Shown here: in pieces, positions 12,381 to 23,930 of the stretch
Numbering within the stretch: the stretch's first letter is position 1
Layout of the letters: each line of letters starts with the position of its first letter
Origin: Macrostomum lignano
Taxonomy: Eukaryota
Length of the DNA stretch: 64,000 nt
NCBI GenBank assembly: GCA_002269645.1
Contig: NIVC01000890.1
Location: forward strand, 353,920 to 417,919
Reading direction: 5' to 3'
Position numbers and translations under genes: made by a program
Notes under the pieces: model-generated
Told to the model about the DNA's origin: nothing
Databases searched by the model: none
The model's input: only the letters and a program-made list of their open reading frames with translations

Positions 12381-13109
12381 TTAGATGTCGTGTACAGGCC
12401 GAAGATTATTAGTGTTTTGCGCCGATGCATACAATAAGCCATTGACCGGGATCATTTGGCGTTCCGGGTCGAATTTTCCCGCCAAGAACTCTAGTTGCTC
12501 CTTGGTGACGCTCATACTGAAGGGGCCGCGTGCGTTACTTTCCGCATACTGGAGGCAATAGGTACAGGCTATTTCGTAGCACTTAATTGCCTCCTCCTTG
12601 GTCGCTGTCGTTAAGAAACGCGCGCAGGCTTCGGGTAATTCGGTTTCGAACATACCGGTCTTACCCGTCCTTAGTATGTACTTCTTGAGGGCCCGGCGGC
12701 AGCGTCTAAACTTCCTCTTTTGCTCCTCTGGGTCTACTTGCGGCTCGGCTGGCTCCTCTGCTGGTTGCTGTCGCTCTTCTTCTTCCTCTAATCCGTCTTC
12801 CTGCTGGCTTCCTTCCTCATACTGTCGCACCTCTTCCATGAATCTGGTCATCTCCTCTCGGAACGCTTCTTCCTCTCTTTCCGTCTCCCTTTCCAACTCT
12901 TCCAAGTCTATGTCCACGACCAGTTTTCCTTCGGGCTCACCGCTCTCTTCCGGTTGCTCTAATTTCCGCTTTTTACCGCTTGTCGCGACACTATCGCTTA
13001 CTTCTTGAACAGCCCTAATTCTTGGGGGTTCATTTTCTGAAGCTGCCTGTCTTCCTTGTTGGCCATAGATTCGCTTTTTTGGATAGACGCGGATTGGGGC
13101 GTCGGCCAT
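12381..13109 (-). CDS. Gypsy ORF3, 242-aa acidic protein of unknown function (not env-like)
   Basis: ATG lies 2 nt after the pol stop on the same strand. Glu-rich, contains KKRK, has no signal peptide or TM segment. Confidence 0.75.
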   Translation of the reverse strand: MADAPIRVYPKKRIYGQQGRQAASENEPPRIRAVQEVSDSVATSGKKRKLEQPEESGEPEGKLVVDIDLEELERETEREEEAFREEMTRFMEEVRQYEEGSQQEDGLEEEEERQQPAEEPAEPQVDPEEQKRKFRRCRRALKKYILRTGKTGMFETELPEACARFLTTATKEEAIKCYEIACTYCLQYAESNARGPFSMSVTKEQLEFLAGKFDPERQMIPVNGLLYASAQNTNNLRPVHDI

Positions 13110-13111
13110 AG

Positions 13112-16100
13112 TTAATTAGTTTTAGGCTGTAAGAGGTTAAATGGGTTAAACAACTCCGCTATCCTCTGTACATAACTTTTCTGGTTTGGCCTGACAGTTA
13201 ATCTATCTGGAGCATGACGCTCTCTAGCTGGCCTAGCTTTTAAATTAATCCCTAAATTATTATTGTTATTATTTAATTGTACCGGCATAACTCCTTGTAC
13301 ACCTACCGAATTATTTTGATTATTATTTTGATGCTGCATTTGTTGATTTGGCACTGACTGCACATTATTTTGATTTTGCACTGGCATAAACTGCTCATTA
13401 TTTTGATGTTGCACTGGCATAAACTGCACTGCGTCTTCGTACTCGTCTTCACTTTCTGAGTCATTGTACACATTCGGCTGACTATTGGCTAACTGTTCCC
13501 TATCGTATTGTTTCCTCTGCTCTTTTGGCTTAGTACTAGCTTCTTCCTCCTGATAATCTGCTTGCGGTACTTTCATTAAATTGTCTCTATGCATGATAAG
13601 TTCTTCCTTTCTAGCCTTCTTATTTTTGGTAACTGGTCTAATCTTAAAGACTACTTCTGATAATTGTTCTACAATTTCATAAACTGCCCTTTGCTTTCTG
13701 TGAAATTTATTAGCCTCTGTGTTAGCAATTACTGGATTATTGATAAATACTAAGCTTCCTACAGGCAATATTTTCGGCTTAGGCTTATTAGAGTACTCCT
13801 GCTCACGGTTTTGCTGCACTAATTTTAATCTCTTTCTCGCTAGCTCTTGGCCTTCCTGCAGATTCTGCTGATGTTCCTGGACATAAGATGGTAGGTCCTG
13901 AAACTGCTTCGGCTCGTTCAGCTCATTGTCACAGGGCATTCTAGCCTCTCGTCCAAAGACTAAATAGTGCGGACTAAATCCTGTGGCAGTGTGCGTGCTG
14001 GTTCTCAGAGCTGTTATGCAACCTGGCAACAGAACGTCCCAGTTGGAATGCTCCTTCTCCAGTAAGCAGGTGAGAATTGATTTAATCTGCTTATTAAGGT
14101 TTTCTACTAAGCCATTGCTCTGCGGATGATAACTAGTTGTTCGAGTGTGTCTAATGCCATAGAGGTCTAAAAATTTCTTAAAGGCCCTACCAGTGAACTG
14201 TGTTCCCTGGTCTGTGTGAATCCATTGTGGAATCCCAAAATCAGCGAAAACGCGTTCTTGTAGAATTTTGATAACTGTTTTAGCCTTCTGATTCCTAATT
14301 GCGAATGCGAATGGAAATTTGCTAGTGCTGTCTATGACTGAAAGTACATATTTGTTTCCTGATTTGCTAGTTTGGCCAATAGGTCCTATTAGATCTATGT
14401 GCAATCTACCGAACGGTTCGACTACAGGATAGTTCTGAATTGGTGCCCTAATTCTTCTTCTAGTTTTGCTTTCTAGGCATGATTTACATTTGGCTACGTA
14501 GCGTTCAACTGCTGTTGCTAATCCTGGCCTCCAAAATCGAATTTTAATTCTCTGATAAGTTTTATCTCGACCTAGGTGTCCCGCTAACGGTGAATCATGG
14601 AATTGGTGAAAGACTTCACTATCCAGAGACTTGGGCAACACTACCTTTGGATCAGTCTGCCCCATAGATAAGTCTACTTTGAGTACACCGTCCTCAATTC
14701 TGAGCAACTCATAGTAACCTAAGAGGTTCCTACAGTCGTGGGTTAACTCTAGTCGTTCTTGAAATGTCGGTTTAGGCGAGTCATTCTCAATTAAATTTCT
14801 AACAAAGCCTACCGCCGGATCGGCTAGCTGTGCTGCGATCAATTGGTCACGGCGAACTGGGCTACGGAGATAGTCACTGAGCAGGGCATTGCATGCAGGC
14901 GGATTTCCGGTTTTAGGCTCCTGTCCCTGTCTATTGTCTAGCCTACTGCTACTAAAGATCGGAGTATTGTGTCGGTTCGTGACAGTGTCTTGTGACGAAC
15001 AGCATGACGGAACTCCACTGCTCGAGCTACAGGTTTCAGCGAACGCGGAATTGCCTGAGCTGACAGTAAAAGCTGATGCTGGGTCTGTATTCACAGTTGC
15101 CCTACAGCTTAGCGACCTGGCATGTGGGGACATCTCTTCCGGGTGGGGATCAGGGATCCTGGATAGAGCGTCAGCATTCACATGTTTAGGGCCACTCCTA
15201 TGTTCTATCTCAAAATCAAATTCGGAAAGTCTTTCGATCCAACGACCTAAAATGCCTGTCTGTTCGGTTTGGCGAAGCAACCAGGTTAGGGCATTGTGAT
15301 CAGTGCGCACCTTAAAATGTTTTCCTACGAGGTAAAATCTAAAATACTTCAGCGAGTCAACAATCGCTAGAAGCTCCTTCCTCGTAATCGGATATCTAGT
15401 TTCTGACTGCCTCATCTTCCGACTATAATACGCGATCGGTCTTTCTATGCCGTCGCTCTGAACTTGATTTAAGACCGCCCCAATTCTGACATCTGATGCA
15501 TCAGTGTCTAACACAAAATAAACTTGGGGGTCTGTATTAAACTCTGGGTAAGCAAGCACTTCTTCGGAACACATCCGTTCCTTCAACGACTCGAAGCATT
15601 CATTATGGATCCTGGTCCATTTGTCCTGGATACAATTGATGTTCTTCTTGGTTAACTCACAGAGTGGTGCTGCTACCTCGGCGAAATCTCTAACGAATTT
15701 TCTATAGTAATTACAGAGTCCGAGAAAACTTCGAAGCTCTGTCACAGATTTAGGTTTCGGCCAGTTCCTAATTGATTCTAGTTTCGACGCATCTCTCTTA
15801 ATTCCTGTTTTGCCTATGACGTGTCCTAAATATTGTAATTCTGATTTGAAAAGGTGACATTTCTTAGCCTTTAGTTTTATGTTAGCTTGTATTAGTCTCT
15901 TGAGCACTTCCTTCAGGTGTTCTAAATGGGCTTCAAAGTCTGCACTATAAACTATTACATCGTCTAAGTAAGCTATGGCGAACTTCTGTGCAATGTCCTT
16001 AAGAACTAAGTTCATGCACCTTTGAAAAGTTCCTGGAGCTCCTTGCAGTCCCATTGGCAATACTTCGTACTCAAACGAGCCTCGATGTAAAGTTGGAAAG

Positions 16101-17644
16101 CTAGTCTTGCACTTATCTTCTTCCCTAAGAGCTATCTGATAATATCCCGAAAATAGATCTAACGTAGAAAATTGACTGGCTCCATGGAGACATGAGAATG
16201 TTTCATTGATATTAGTTATTGGATACGGAAAGTACTCCGATTTATTGTTTAGTGCTCGATAGTCGTTAACTAATCTCAGCGAACCGTCTTTCTTAGGTAC
16301 TATGACTAATGGAGTCGAGTACTGCGAGTAACTAGGCCTAATTATGCCTCTAGCCAACATGAGATCCAACTGCTCATCTACCTCCTTGATCCAATGAGGT
16401 GGAATCTTTCTAGCTGGTATCTGAACTGGGTTGTTGTCCTTCAAGATAATTTCATGTGTGACTAAATGCGTTCTGCCTAAGTCTAACTCGTGCTGCGAGA
16501 AAGCTGCTGAATGTTCCTTGACGACCTCGATCACCTTCTGTCTCTGTTCCTGAGTCAGTTCAGTTCCTATGTTGATTTCACTAATCCAGTCTTTTGACTT
16601 CTCCTGCACCTGGCTGATCTTTTCTCTGTTTCCGCAAGACTGCGTGTTCTTATTCTGCTCTTCTTCTGGCTGTTCCTTCAGATAGTTAAGCTCGCTAGCT
16701 AAGAGTGGCTTAGCCATCCCTACTAATGCTGATGCTGGTACTCTAGCTTCCTGTGAACTGGTGTTGATCACTTCTAAATAAGCTTCCCCTTGTCTTAGAG
16801 TTACTAAACTTGGCACTACAGTTACCTTCTCTGTTCTAGTCTTTAATACTGATCTGAGTGGCTCAACAACTGATGGCACTCCGAAATTAGTTTCACTACC
16901 TGCTGCTAATCTGACTTTGACTAATCCTGAACTATTGGCTGGAACTGTCGTCTTTTCTGCGACATAGATTCTCCTAACCTGAGGCTTAGCTCTGGTTGAT
17001 CGAAGCGGAATTCTAGTTCCTTGTTTCATGGTCAGCATTCCTGCATCGAAGTCAATAGTAGTACAATAATTTTGGACAAACGTCACACCTATTACATTGT
17101 CTACATCTGCGTCACATAAGAGAAATTCAACTTCTTCTTCAAAATCGCCAAATGTTGCCTTAATAACTACGAAACCCTTAATTGGAATAGGCTCTTCCAT
17201 AAAGGAAACGATTCTATTATCCCAATGCTTAATTAGATGCCTATTCTTGCCAGTGAAAAGATGCTTCCAGGTTTCGCGTCCTAAGATATTTCTATTACTG
17301 CCAGTGTCTAATAGATAAACTATTTCCTTATTTAAAATGCTGCCAGTGATGTACGGATCGTAACTTTGTTTTTTAGTTTGTTCAGTTAATTTTGGTTGTT
17401 TTAGCTGCTGCTTGCTAGAATAAGGTTGCTGTTGTGGTGCGTTTGAAAAGTGCTGAGAGTAAATGTTTGGCTGATTAAATGATTGATTAAATGATTGCGC
17501 ATGCGTACTGTTATACACTGAAGGATTCAATTCACTATTTACAGAAAAAGTATCGCTGCTATTTACAGGTTGTGAGGCTACAGACTGTGAGGGATCTACT
17601 GCTGGAAAGCGTTGCCTCCGACGCTTCCGTCTACTCCGTTTCCC
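13112..17644 (-). CDS. pol: Gypsy pol polyprotein (protease, RT, RNase H, integrase), probably expressed by -1 frameshift from gag
   Basis: YLLDTGS (protease), YLDDV (RT), LDTDASD (RNase H), HDSPLAGH..CKSC and DLIGP/DQG/GLVENLNK (integrase). The frame stays open upstream of the track's TTG start to the slippery site at 17644-17638. Confidence 0.95.
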   Translation of the reverse strand, partial: GKRSRRKRRRQRFPAVDPSQSVASQPVNSSDTFSVNSELNPSVYNSTHAQSFNQSFNQPNIYSQHFSNAPQQQPYSSKQQLKQPKLTEQTKKQSYDPYITGSILNKEIVYLLDTGSNRNILGRETWKHLFTGKNRHLIKHWDNRIVSFMEEPIPIKGFVVIKATFGDFEEEVEFLLCDADVDNVIGVTFVQNYCTTIDFDAGMLTMKQGTRIPLRSTRAKPQVRRIYVAEKTTVPANSSGLVKVRLAAGSETNFGVPSVVEPLRSVLKTRTEKVTVVPSLVTLRQGEAYLEVINTSSQEARVPASALVGMAKPLLASELNYLKEQPEEEQNKNTQSCGNREKISQVQEKSKDWISEINIGTELTQEQRQKVIEVVKEHSAAFSQHELDLGRTHLVTHEIILKDNNPVQIPARKIPPHWIKEVDEQLDLMLARGIIRPSYSQYSTPLVIVPKKDGSLRLVNDYRALNNKSEYFPYPITNINETFSCLHGASQFSTLDLFSGYYQIALREEDKCKTSFPTLHRGSFEYEVLPMGLQGAPGTFQRCMNLVLKDIAQKFAIAYLDDVIVYSADFEAHLEHLKEVLKRLIQANIKLKAKKCHLFKSELQYLGHVIGKTGIKRDASKLESIRNWPKPKSVTELRSFLGLCNYYRKFVRDFAEVAAPLCELTKKNINCIQDKWTRIHNECFESLKERMCSEEVLAYPEFNTDPQVYFVLDTDASDVRIGAVLNQVQSDGIERPIAYYSRKMRQSETRYPITRKELLAIVDSLKYFRFYLVGKHFKVRTDHNALTWLLRQTEQTGILGRWIERLSEFDFEIEHRSGPKHVNADALSRIPDPHPEEMSPHARSLSCRATVNTDPASAFTVSSGNSAFAETCSSSSGVPSCCSSQDTVTNRHNTPIFSSSRLDNRQGQEPKTGNPPACNALLSDYLRSPVRRDQLIAAQLADPAVGFVRNLIENDSPKPTFQERLELTHDCRNLLGYYELLRIEDGVLKVDLSMGQTDPKVVLPKSLDSEVFHQFHDSPLAGHLGRDKTYQRIKIRFWRPGLATAVERYVAKCKSCLESKTRRRIRAPIQNYPVVEPFGRLHIDLIGPIGQTSKSGNKYVLSVIDSTSKFPFAFAIRNQKAKTVIKILQERVFADFGIPQWIHTDQGTQFTGRAFKKFLDLYGIRHTRTTSYHPQSNGLVENLNKQIKSILTCLLEKEHSNWDVLLPGCITALRTSTHTATGFSPHYLVFGREARMPCDNELNEPKQFQDLPSYVQEHQQNLQEGQELARKRLKLVQQNREQEYSNKPKPKILPVGSLVFINNPVIANTEANKFHRKQRAVYEIVEQLSEVVFKIRPVTKNKKARKEELIMHRDNLMKVPQADYQEEEASTKPKEQRKQYDREQLANSQPNVYNDSESEDEYEDAVQFMPVQHQNNEQFMPVQNQNNVQSVPNQQMQHQNNNQNNSVGVQGVMPVQLNNNNNNLGINLKARPARERHAPDRLTVRPNQKSYVQRIAELFNPFNLLQPKTN

Positions 17645-18624
17645 GAATTCTGCTGCTGAGGGTAATGCGGCTGCGGGTACTGCGGCTGCATCTGCTGCTG
17701 TGGGTATATCGGCTGCTGATACTGCGGCTGCTGATACTGCATCTGCTGCTGAGCCGGGTACCTAAGCTGGTTCTGCGGATGTGGCTGTCTACAATTCTTA
17801 GCTACGTGACCTAGCTTGCCACACCTGTTACACTTTATTGGGGGACGCCCTTGCTGATTCTGGCCTTGCTGCTGCTGACCTGACGGCTGCTGCTGCTTGA
17901 CCTTTTGCTCAACGTTCTGGTGGTGTCGGAGTAACTCCTGAAGCACCTTCTGCTGGTTTTCTAGCGCCTCACCCTGCTTGCGGACTAATTCCTTCAAGCT
18001 ATTCTCAGCTTCTTCTCCTCCAGTTGCCTTACACTGCTGCGGGTCTCTACCTCGGCGAGACATAGCGTACGCCATTTCGATACGTCGCAAGACTCGACGT
18101 GTCTCTTGAAGCGAGTTTACCTGAGCTAGTAGTAGCTTCTCTCTAGTCTCTGGGGCAACCCTAACACCTCTGATAAACTGTTCCACCACCTCTTCCTGTC
18201 TCTGCTCGTTAGTTAGATGGGGAAACGCCCTGCATGCTAGCTCTATCAGCTTTTCAGCGTAGTCATCAGTGCTTTCAGTCTTGCACTGGAACCTACTACG
18301 GAACTCTTCCCTAGCTTCTTGAGCACTACCTACGTGCGTGAATCGCTTGATTAGCCTATCCTTAAAGTCTGCGTATGCTAGATTAGGATCTAAATTTAGC
18401 CTTGTCACGATAGCGAACGCTGACTGAACATCTAGGTTAGACAGTAGCTCATTCTTCCACTCAGCTGGGGGTATCTCATCTGCGATACACCTCTGCTCAA
18501 AAGCCTGAATCCACACGTCTATATCCTGATTAGGCGTGTACTTTTGGATCCTAATGTGTTTCCTAATGTCTAGCCTGTCTCTAATGCCTTCAGCCAGTGC
18601 TTCTACTATGTCATTAGCTTCCAT
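17596..18624 (-). CDS. gag: Gypsy gag (342 aa) with CCHC zinc knuckle
   Basis: CNRCGKLGHVAKNC knuckle, retrotransposon gag-like N-terminus, position upstream of pol. Confidence 0.93.
   Translation of the reverse strand: MEANDIVEALAEGIRDRLDIRKHIRIQKYTPNQDIDVWIQAFEQRCIADEIPPAEWKNELLSNLDVQSAFAIVTRLNLDPNLAYADFKDRLIKRFTHVGSAQEAREEFRSRFQCKTESTDDYAEKLIELACRAFPHLTNEQRQEEVVEQFIRGVRVAPETREKLLLAQVNSLQETRRVLRRIEMAYAMSRRGRDPQQCKATGGEEAENSLKELVRKQGEALENQQKVLQELLRHHQNVEQKVKQQQPSGQQQQGQNQQGRPPIKCNRCGKLGHVAKNCRQPHPQNQLRYPAQQQMQYQQPQYQQPIYPQQQMQPQYPQPHYPQQQNSGNGVDGSVGGNAFQQ
17638..17644 (-). promoter_or_regulatory. Candidate -1 ribosomal frameshift heptamer G GGA AAC
   Basis: X XXY YYZ heptamer in the gag frame (tcG GGA AAC), about 40 nt before the gag stop; the -1 frame is open into pol. 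Confidence 0.75.
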
Positions 18625-19069
18625 ATTATTTTAAATTTAGGTTGGATTCTAAAATTAACGCTTCTGGTTTAATAATTTTGGTCAGTAAATTGGCAAGACT
18701 CCAAATTTAGCTGCTAAATTGCCTAATGGTAAGACTTTATTTAATAAAATAGCAGTGACTCTACTTTTATTACTTCCGCCTTACTTCTGGTCTTAATTGA
18801 GACCTTACTAATCTTCTAGCGAAGAAACTAAGTTAGAATTCCTTTCAGGAGCGTTAATCCGTTCCTAATCCGTTAATCCGTTAATCTGAGATCAGACAAT
18901 CTTTAGATCAACTGACTATGTACATTAATCTCTAATTTAGAACCTAATTAGTAATTTTTGTGTTAGTTTTAGTTCTAATTTCAGCACATAGGAGTTAATC
19001 CGTTAATCCCTTACTAATCCTAAGCTCCAGTCTAATGTATGCTCTTTCTCGGGTATTCTAATCCTCTAA

Positions 19070-19079
19070 GCTGCCACCA
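19070..19079 (-). other. Primer-binding site TGGTGGCAGC (tRNA-Leu type)
   Basis: 2 nt inside the 5' LTR boundary; complementary to a ...GCTGCCACCA tRNA-Leu 3' end. Confidence 0.8.
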
Positions 19080-19081
19080 AT

Positions 19082-19634
19082 TGGACAAGTCGTGGTACCT
19101 GCGGTTTCGGCTACTGGTTTTCTTATTTGCTACTAAGGATTTTACTAGTGGATTACTGTCTGCTGTACTGATTTGAGATTTGGTAGAATCGCTGCCACCA
19201 GGTTTCCTGCTTTCCCTAATTCTAGTACTTTAGATTAAAGAAGTGAGTCAGGACACCAAAGATTATGGTTAACAGTTGGAAATATTTAATAATAAGAGAA
19301 TGCGTACAAAAGGTTATTTGTTTTACATTAATTCCCTAGTTTTATTCCCGTTGTGCGTTGGGCAAGACTCCCAATATTTAGAGGCAAGACTCCTCTGTGC
19401 AAGCCTATCTCTTATATTTCCCTTTCCTTACCACTTCTTCGTGAACTCTCTTAAGTTAAATAGGAGAAGACTTTCTTTCCCGAGAGCCCAACTGCTCTGT
19501 AGTTCTAAAGGAACCCCAATTTTATCCACTTACCCCCGCTCTAATTATTTCCCCGGGTTGAAACTACTGATAGTAGGGTAAAAGCATATTTAAACCTGCA
19601 TTAATTCCCGTTCCTAAAATAATGCCCTACTACA
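19082..19634 (-). repeat. 5' LTR (553 bp)
   Basis: TG...CA direct repeat of 10709-11275. Confidence 0.95.
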
Positions 19635-20145
19635 AATGAAAGTGGTACTTGAGAAGCCACTAAGAGTTATGGTAAAAATGATTATTTAGCTATTCTGACA
19701 CATGTCAATTGCGACATTATTATATAAGCGCTAATATTATCCCTTGTAGAAAAAATTTATTCTGCAATGCAAATTAAACCTTGCTTTCCGGCTAATCCTT
19801 ATAAACAAAAAAGTTTGTAATAAACAAAGGCAAACAATTACATCTTAAATACATCTTTTGTATGGTGTCTATTAATATGATTTAAAGTTTTGATTTATAG
19901 AGATATTAAAGCATATTGGCCTGAATTGACCTAAAGCTAATTTCCATAGTGCTTTTTAATCTCAACCACAGATTTGCAATTAAAAAGCATTAAAGTTTTA
20001 AGCATAAAATTTGTAGTTGTAAAGTTTATAAATTAGAGAAACTTTAATTTAAATTTTTTTTAATTTAAAGAGCCTTACAAAGAAAAAATCTTAACGAAAC
20101 AAGAATTTACAATATCTAACTGAAAACATATACCAGTATGCAAAA

Positions 20146-22110
20146 GGTTTGTGACATCCACACTTATGGGCGTTACCCTCACCCGGGCGGTGATGAAAGG
20201 CGGCCCGCAAGGTGGCGTGCTAACTCCACTTCTCTGGAATCTCGTCATGGACGAACTTCTAACCGCTGACATTCCCAGCAGTATCACCAGGGCGGGCTAC
20301 GCCGATGACGTTGCCGCGGTCGTCAGCGGACCCGACCCCGCCACTCTGCGCAACCTGATGCAGCAATTCGCCGACAAGGCGGCCGACTGGGCTACACAGC
20401 ATGGCCTAAAAATCAGCGTCACTAAGACTGTCGCTGTCGTTTTCACCAAGCGCCGTAAGTGGGAGATGAAAAACCTCACTGTCTATGGCAGAAACATCCC
20501 CTTCAAGAAGGAGGTCAAATACCTCGGTGTGACGCTAACGCATGACCTGCGCTGGACGAAGCACCTTGATAACGTCATCGGTCGGGCAAAACGCTGCTTT
20601 GCCCAGCTGCGCAGAGCCATCGGGCCGACTTGGGGCCTCTCGCCTAGAACGGTCCGTTGGATTTATACCGGCATCATCCGGCCCAGTATCACATACGCGA
20701 GTCTCATCTGGACTAGCGTGCTGGAGCAGAAGGCCGCCCGTCAGCGGCTGTACCAGCTTCAGGGCAGCATTTGCCGTGCCATCACAGGTGCGTACCCGTC
20801 CACCCCTTACGAGGGGCTGAACACTATCCTTAACCTACCTCCGCTTCACCTATTTATTAGGGCGGAGGCTATGAAGTCTGCCTCCCGGCTTATCAGAGAT
20901 AAAACGTTAAATAACGCGCCCTCTGGCTTTATGCCAATGAAAACATTAATCCCGCATATGGACTTTGTCCGCCGCGACCTTAACAACATCCACATGGACC
21001 TGGGCAATGTGGATAGTCGACCTCCCGCCCTCAACATCAGGAGGGGCTTCAAGACCGCCATCCCTGGCCGAGACAACATTCCGCTGGATGTCGGTGTGAA
21101 CCGGCGCAGCCAGGGCATTCACTGCTTCACCGACGGCTCGCTGTTCAACGGCCGCGCTGGAGCGGGTATTGCCATTTTCCACGAGGGTAAGATGCTTCTC
21201 CAGGAAAGTCTGCACCTCGGTGAGAACACCTCAGTTTTCCAAGCTGAAATTTGCGCCATTGAGCAGTGTGCCCAGCAACTGTTTCAGGCGAACATTAATA
21301 ATTTTGACATTAATTTCTACACTGATAGCCAAGCTGCTATTAAGGCCTTAACCACTGAGAATATCTCCGCTGCTACAGTATCTCAATGCCACCGCAGTGT
21401 GCAATCTCTCTCAGTCCTTAACAGGATTAGAATTATCTGGACACCTGGTCACAGCAACATCCTGGGCAACGAGCTCGCGGACTCTCTCGCCAAGGAGGGC
21501 AGCAACCCAGACGGCAACCACCGTCTGATGAGGCTACCCACCCCCAGGTCGCAAGTCACCCGCCATATCAACAGGTGGCTCCATCAGCAGCACCAGCTCC
21601 ACTGGAACAGCTGCACCGAGTACAGGCAGAGCCGCTCTGCCATGCCTAACCTGAACAGGAAAGTCTCTGATTATCTGATTTCGCTTAACAGAACCGACCT
21701 CAGGGAGATGTGCATGGTCCTAACCGGCCACGGATTCTTCCAGAGACATATATCGTTGCAAACCGGTTGCCCTCCCACCTGTCCCTTCTGTGGCATAGGA
21801 GAGGAGACCGCGGAGCATCACGTCACCTTCTGCCCTTACTTCAACAAGGCGCGGCACAAATACCTCGGCCACCCCCAGCGGATGGACGAGCTGACCACCG
21901 CGGACAATATCCGAGACCTCCGCGCCTTCGTCCGGGACTCCGGCCGGATGAGGGTCGCCGATGCCTCCACTGCGGACCTGCCGACTACTGGCGGGGACTG
22001 GGCGCACCCCCAAGGCTAATCCTTGTGCTCTTTTACCTTGGGGTTGCGATAGGGGCCTCGCGGCCTATTCGCGGCGCCTGCGCCCCCCGTCAGTAGTAAG
22101 TAAGTAAGTA
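20146..22110 (+). mobile_element. 5'-truncated LINE (I-group, LOA/Tad1-like): C-terminal RT, RNase H and Cys/His finger; ORF 20151-22019
   Basis: [24 protein letters not shown], RNase H FTDGS...FYTDSQAA...WTPGH...GNELAD, CPFC...ETAEH...C. Tail (AGTA)n ends at 22110. The 5' end is approximate and no clear TSD was found. Confidence 0.92.
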
Positions 22111-22904
22111 TGAAAATAAGCAGTTTAGTGAAGGTAAAAACTTTTTTAGTGAAGTCACTGGACAATGAAACGTAGACCGTTACCTTGTAAGACGTAACTA
22201 ATTTAAAATGCGGGTGTTAATTTTCCATGGAAGTTCTCTTTACAATAAACAGACATTTATTACTTTTTAATACTTATAATGTGAATAGTAAACTATTTAA
22301 TAGTAGGAAACTAGCTACTTTATCAAAAATAATTTATCCTTATAGTTCCGTTTGTTTATCTAATTCTACCTATGAGCCGTAACTTTATAAGCGTTTAAAG
22401 CTACAAAGTGCGATTGAAAATTAAAGAACTTTAGCGAAAGCCTAAATGCTTTTGTGCTTTCAAAATTTCTTGGCCATAACCATCTCTAAAATTATGTAAA
22501 GGTGCATGTTGTCCAACATGGCGGAGTGTCATTGGCATACACTGTATTAAAGGGTCTATAAAATTTGGGTGCATGAGTCGAGCTGGGACATTCAATAATT
22601 GGTTTCCCAATGAGAAATGCAGACGTCGGCGAGAGTTAGAGCTAACGGGCTTCCATTGGCAAAGCTTCGATTTACTGATTCTTATGAGTTTTTTAAGGAG
22701 GCCTTGGATTAGGGACTTGATTGGGGGGTTGTACGTGTACATGTACACCAATAAATCTGCAGTAGCTAATTCATGGCAAGCTTGAGAGATGTAAAAAGAG
22801 AGACGACATGTACACGTAATATTACACTGTAAGTTTGTTCGATATGCTTTGAAGTTTTGAAGAGAACGTTCAGCTTTAAAAATAGTATGGTGGCATATGT
22901 GACC

Positions 22905-23455
22905 GTGCGTGTCTATCCAACAATTGGGGTCAACTCTCATGATTATACATGTACAATTTGGGTCATCTCCGACTATCCAATTTTGTCATCTCTATCCAAA
23001 TTGGGTCATCTCTGACTATCCAATTTGGGTCAACTCTGACTATCCAATTTGGGTCAACTCTGACTATCCAATTTGGGTCAACTCTGATCCTATCCAATTT
23101 TGGGTCATCTCTGACCATCCAATTTGGGTCAACTCTGACTATCCAAATTGGGTCAACTCTGACTATCCAAATTGGGTCAACTCTGACTATCCAAATTGGG
23201 TCAACTCTGCAGATACCCAACATGAGTCAACTCTGACTATCCAATTTGGGTCAACTCTGACTATCCAATTTGGGTCAACTCTGACTATCCAAATTGGGTC
23301 AACTCTGCAGATACCCAACATGAGTCAACTCTGACTATCCAATTTGGGTTATCTGTGACTAAACTGACTATTCAATTTGGGGTAATCTCTGACTATCCAA
23401 TTTGGGCTAATCTCTGACTATCCAATTTGGTTCATCCCTGACTATCCAATATGGG
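22905..23455. repeat. 24-bp minisatellite (TATCCAATTTGGGTCAACTCTGAC)n
   Basis: Direct tandem units visible, about 20 copies, degenerate at the edges. Confidence 0.9.
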
Positions 23456-23464
23456 CATGGTTTC

Positions 23465-23930
23465 CAAAACATTGGAATTTGTTATGGGCTTGAATGCTTT
23501 GTAGCTTGTTGATGTAGTTTTCAGTATTGAGAATAGCGACACCATGGCGCTTGTCGTAGTTGACAATCTTAACTTTCTAGTTTTTTTCTGAGACTTTTTA
23601 AACGTTTGGTGTAGGAGTTCGTTTCTGATCCTTTGTTGGACAGGCAGTTATTTATCTTGATGGTAAATTGTTAAATCAAATTCAGCAATGAATGGTCGAT
23701 AGAATTGGATGGCGGGGACATAGGCGTAGGCCTATGGGCGGGGACCGAACTGTATGGCATGATATGTTCAGATGGGCTATAAGTTTGTAGTTGGAGATAT
23801 TGGTGATGACTTGTGGGATGCTTCCATGCTGTTGCTTCTCCAGCCAGCGATTTTGTAGTTTCTTCTGTATAGTTTGGTCATTTCCGCGATGATGCACAGT
23901 CCTGTTTTCTTGTTGATTAGATGGCAATGG
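23465..23930 (-). mobile_element. Degenerate Penelope-like retroelement remnant
   Basis: Minus-strand peptide KVKIVNYDKRHGVAILNTENYINKL resembles the PLE pre-RT motif (DKG..vvi...Y..K). Upstream VITNISNYKL..GLRLCP resembles the PLE NLS..L..GL.F.P motif. Frames are broken. Confidence 0.55.

Noticed and set aside
12381-13109. ORF3 as an envelope gene
   Set aside because: No signal peptide, furin site or transmembrane anchor.
20130-20145. TSD for the 20.1-22.1 kb LINE (AGTATGCAAA vs AGTATGAAAA)
   Set aside because: Mismatched and overlapping the tail repeat; not convincing.
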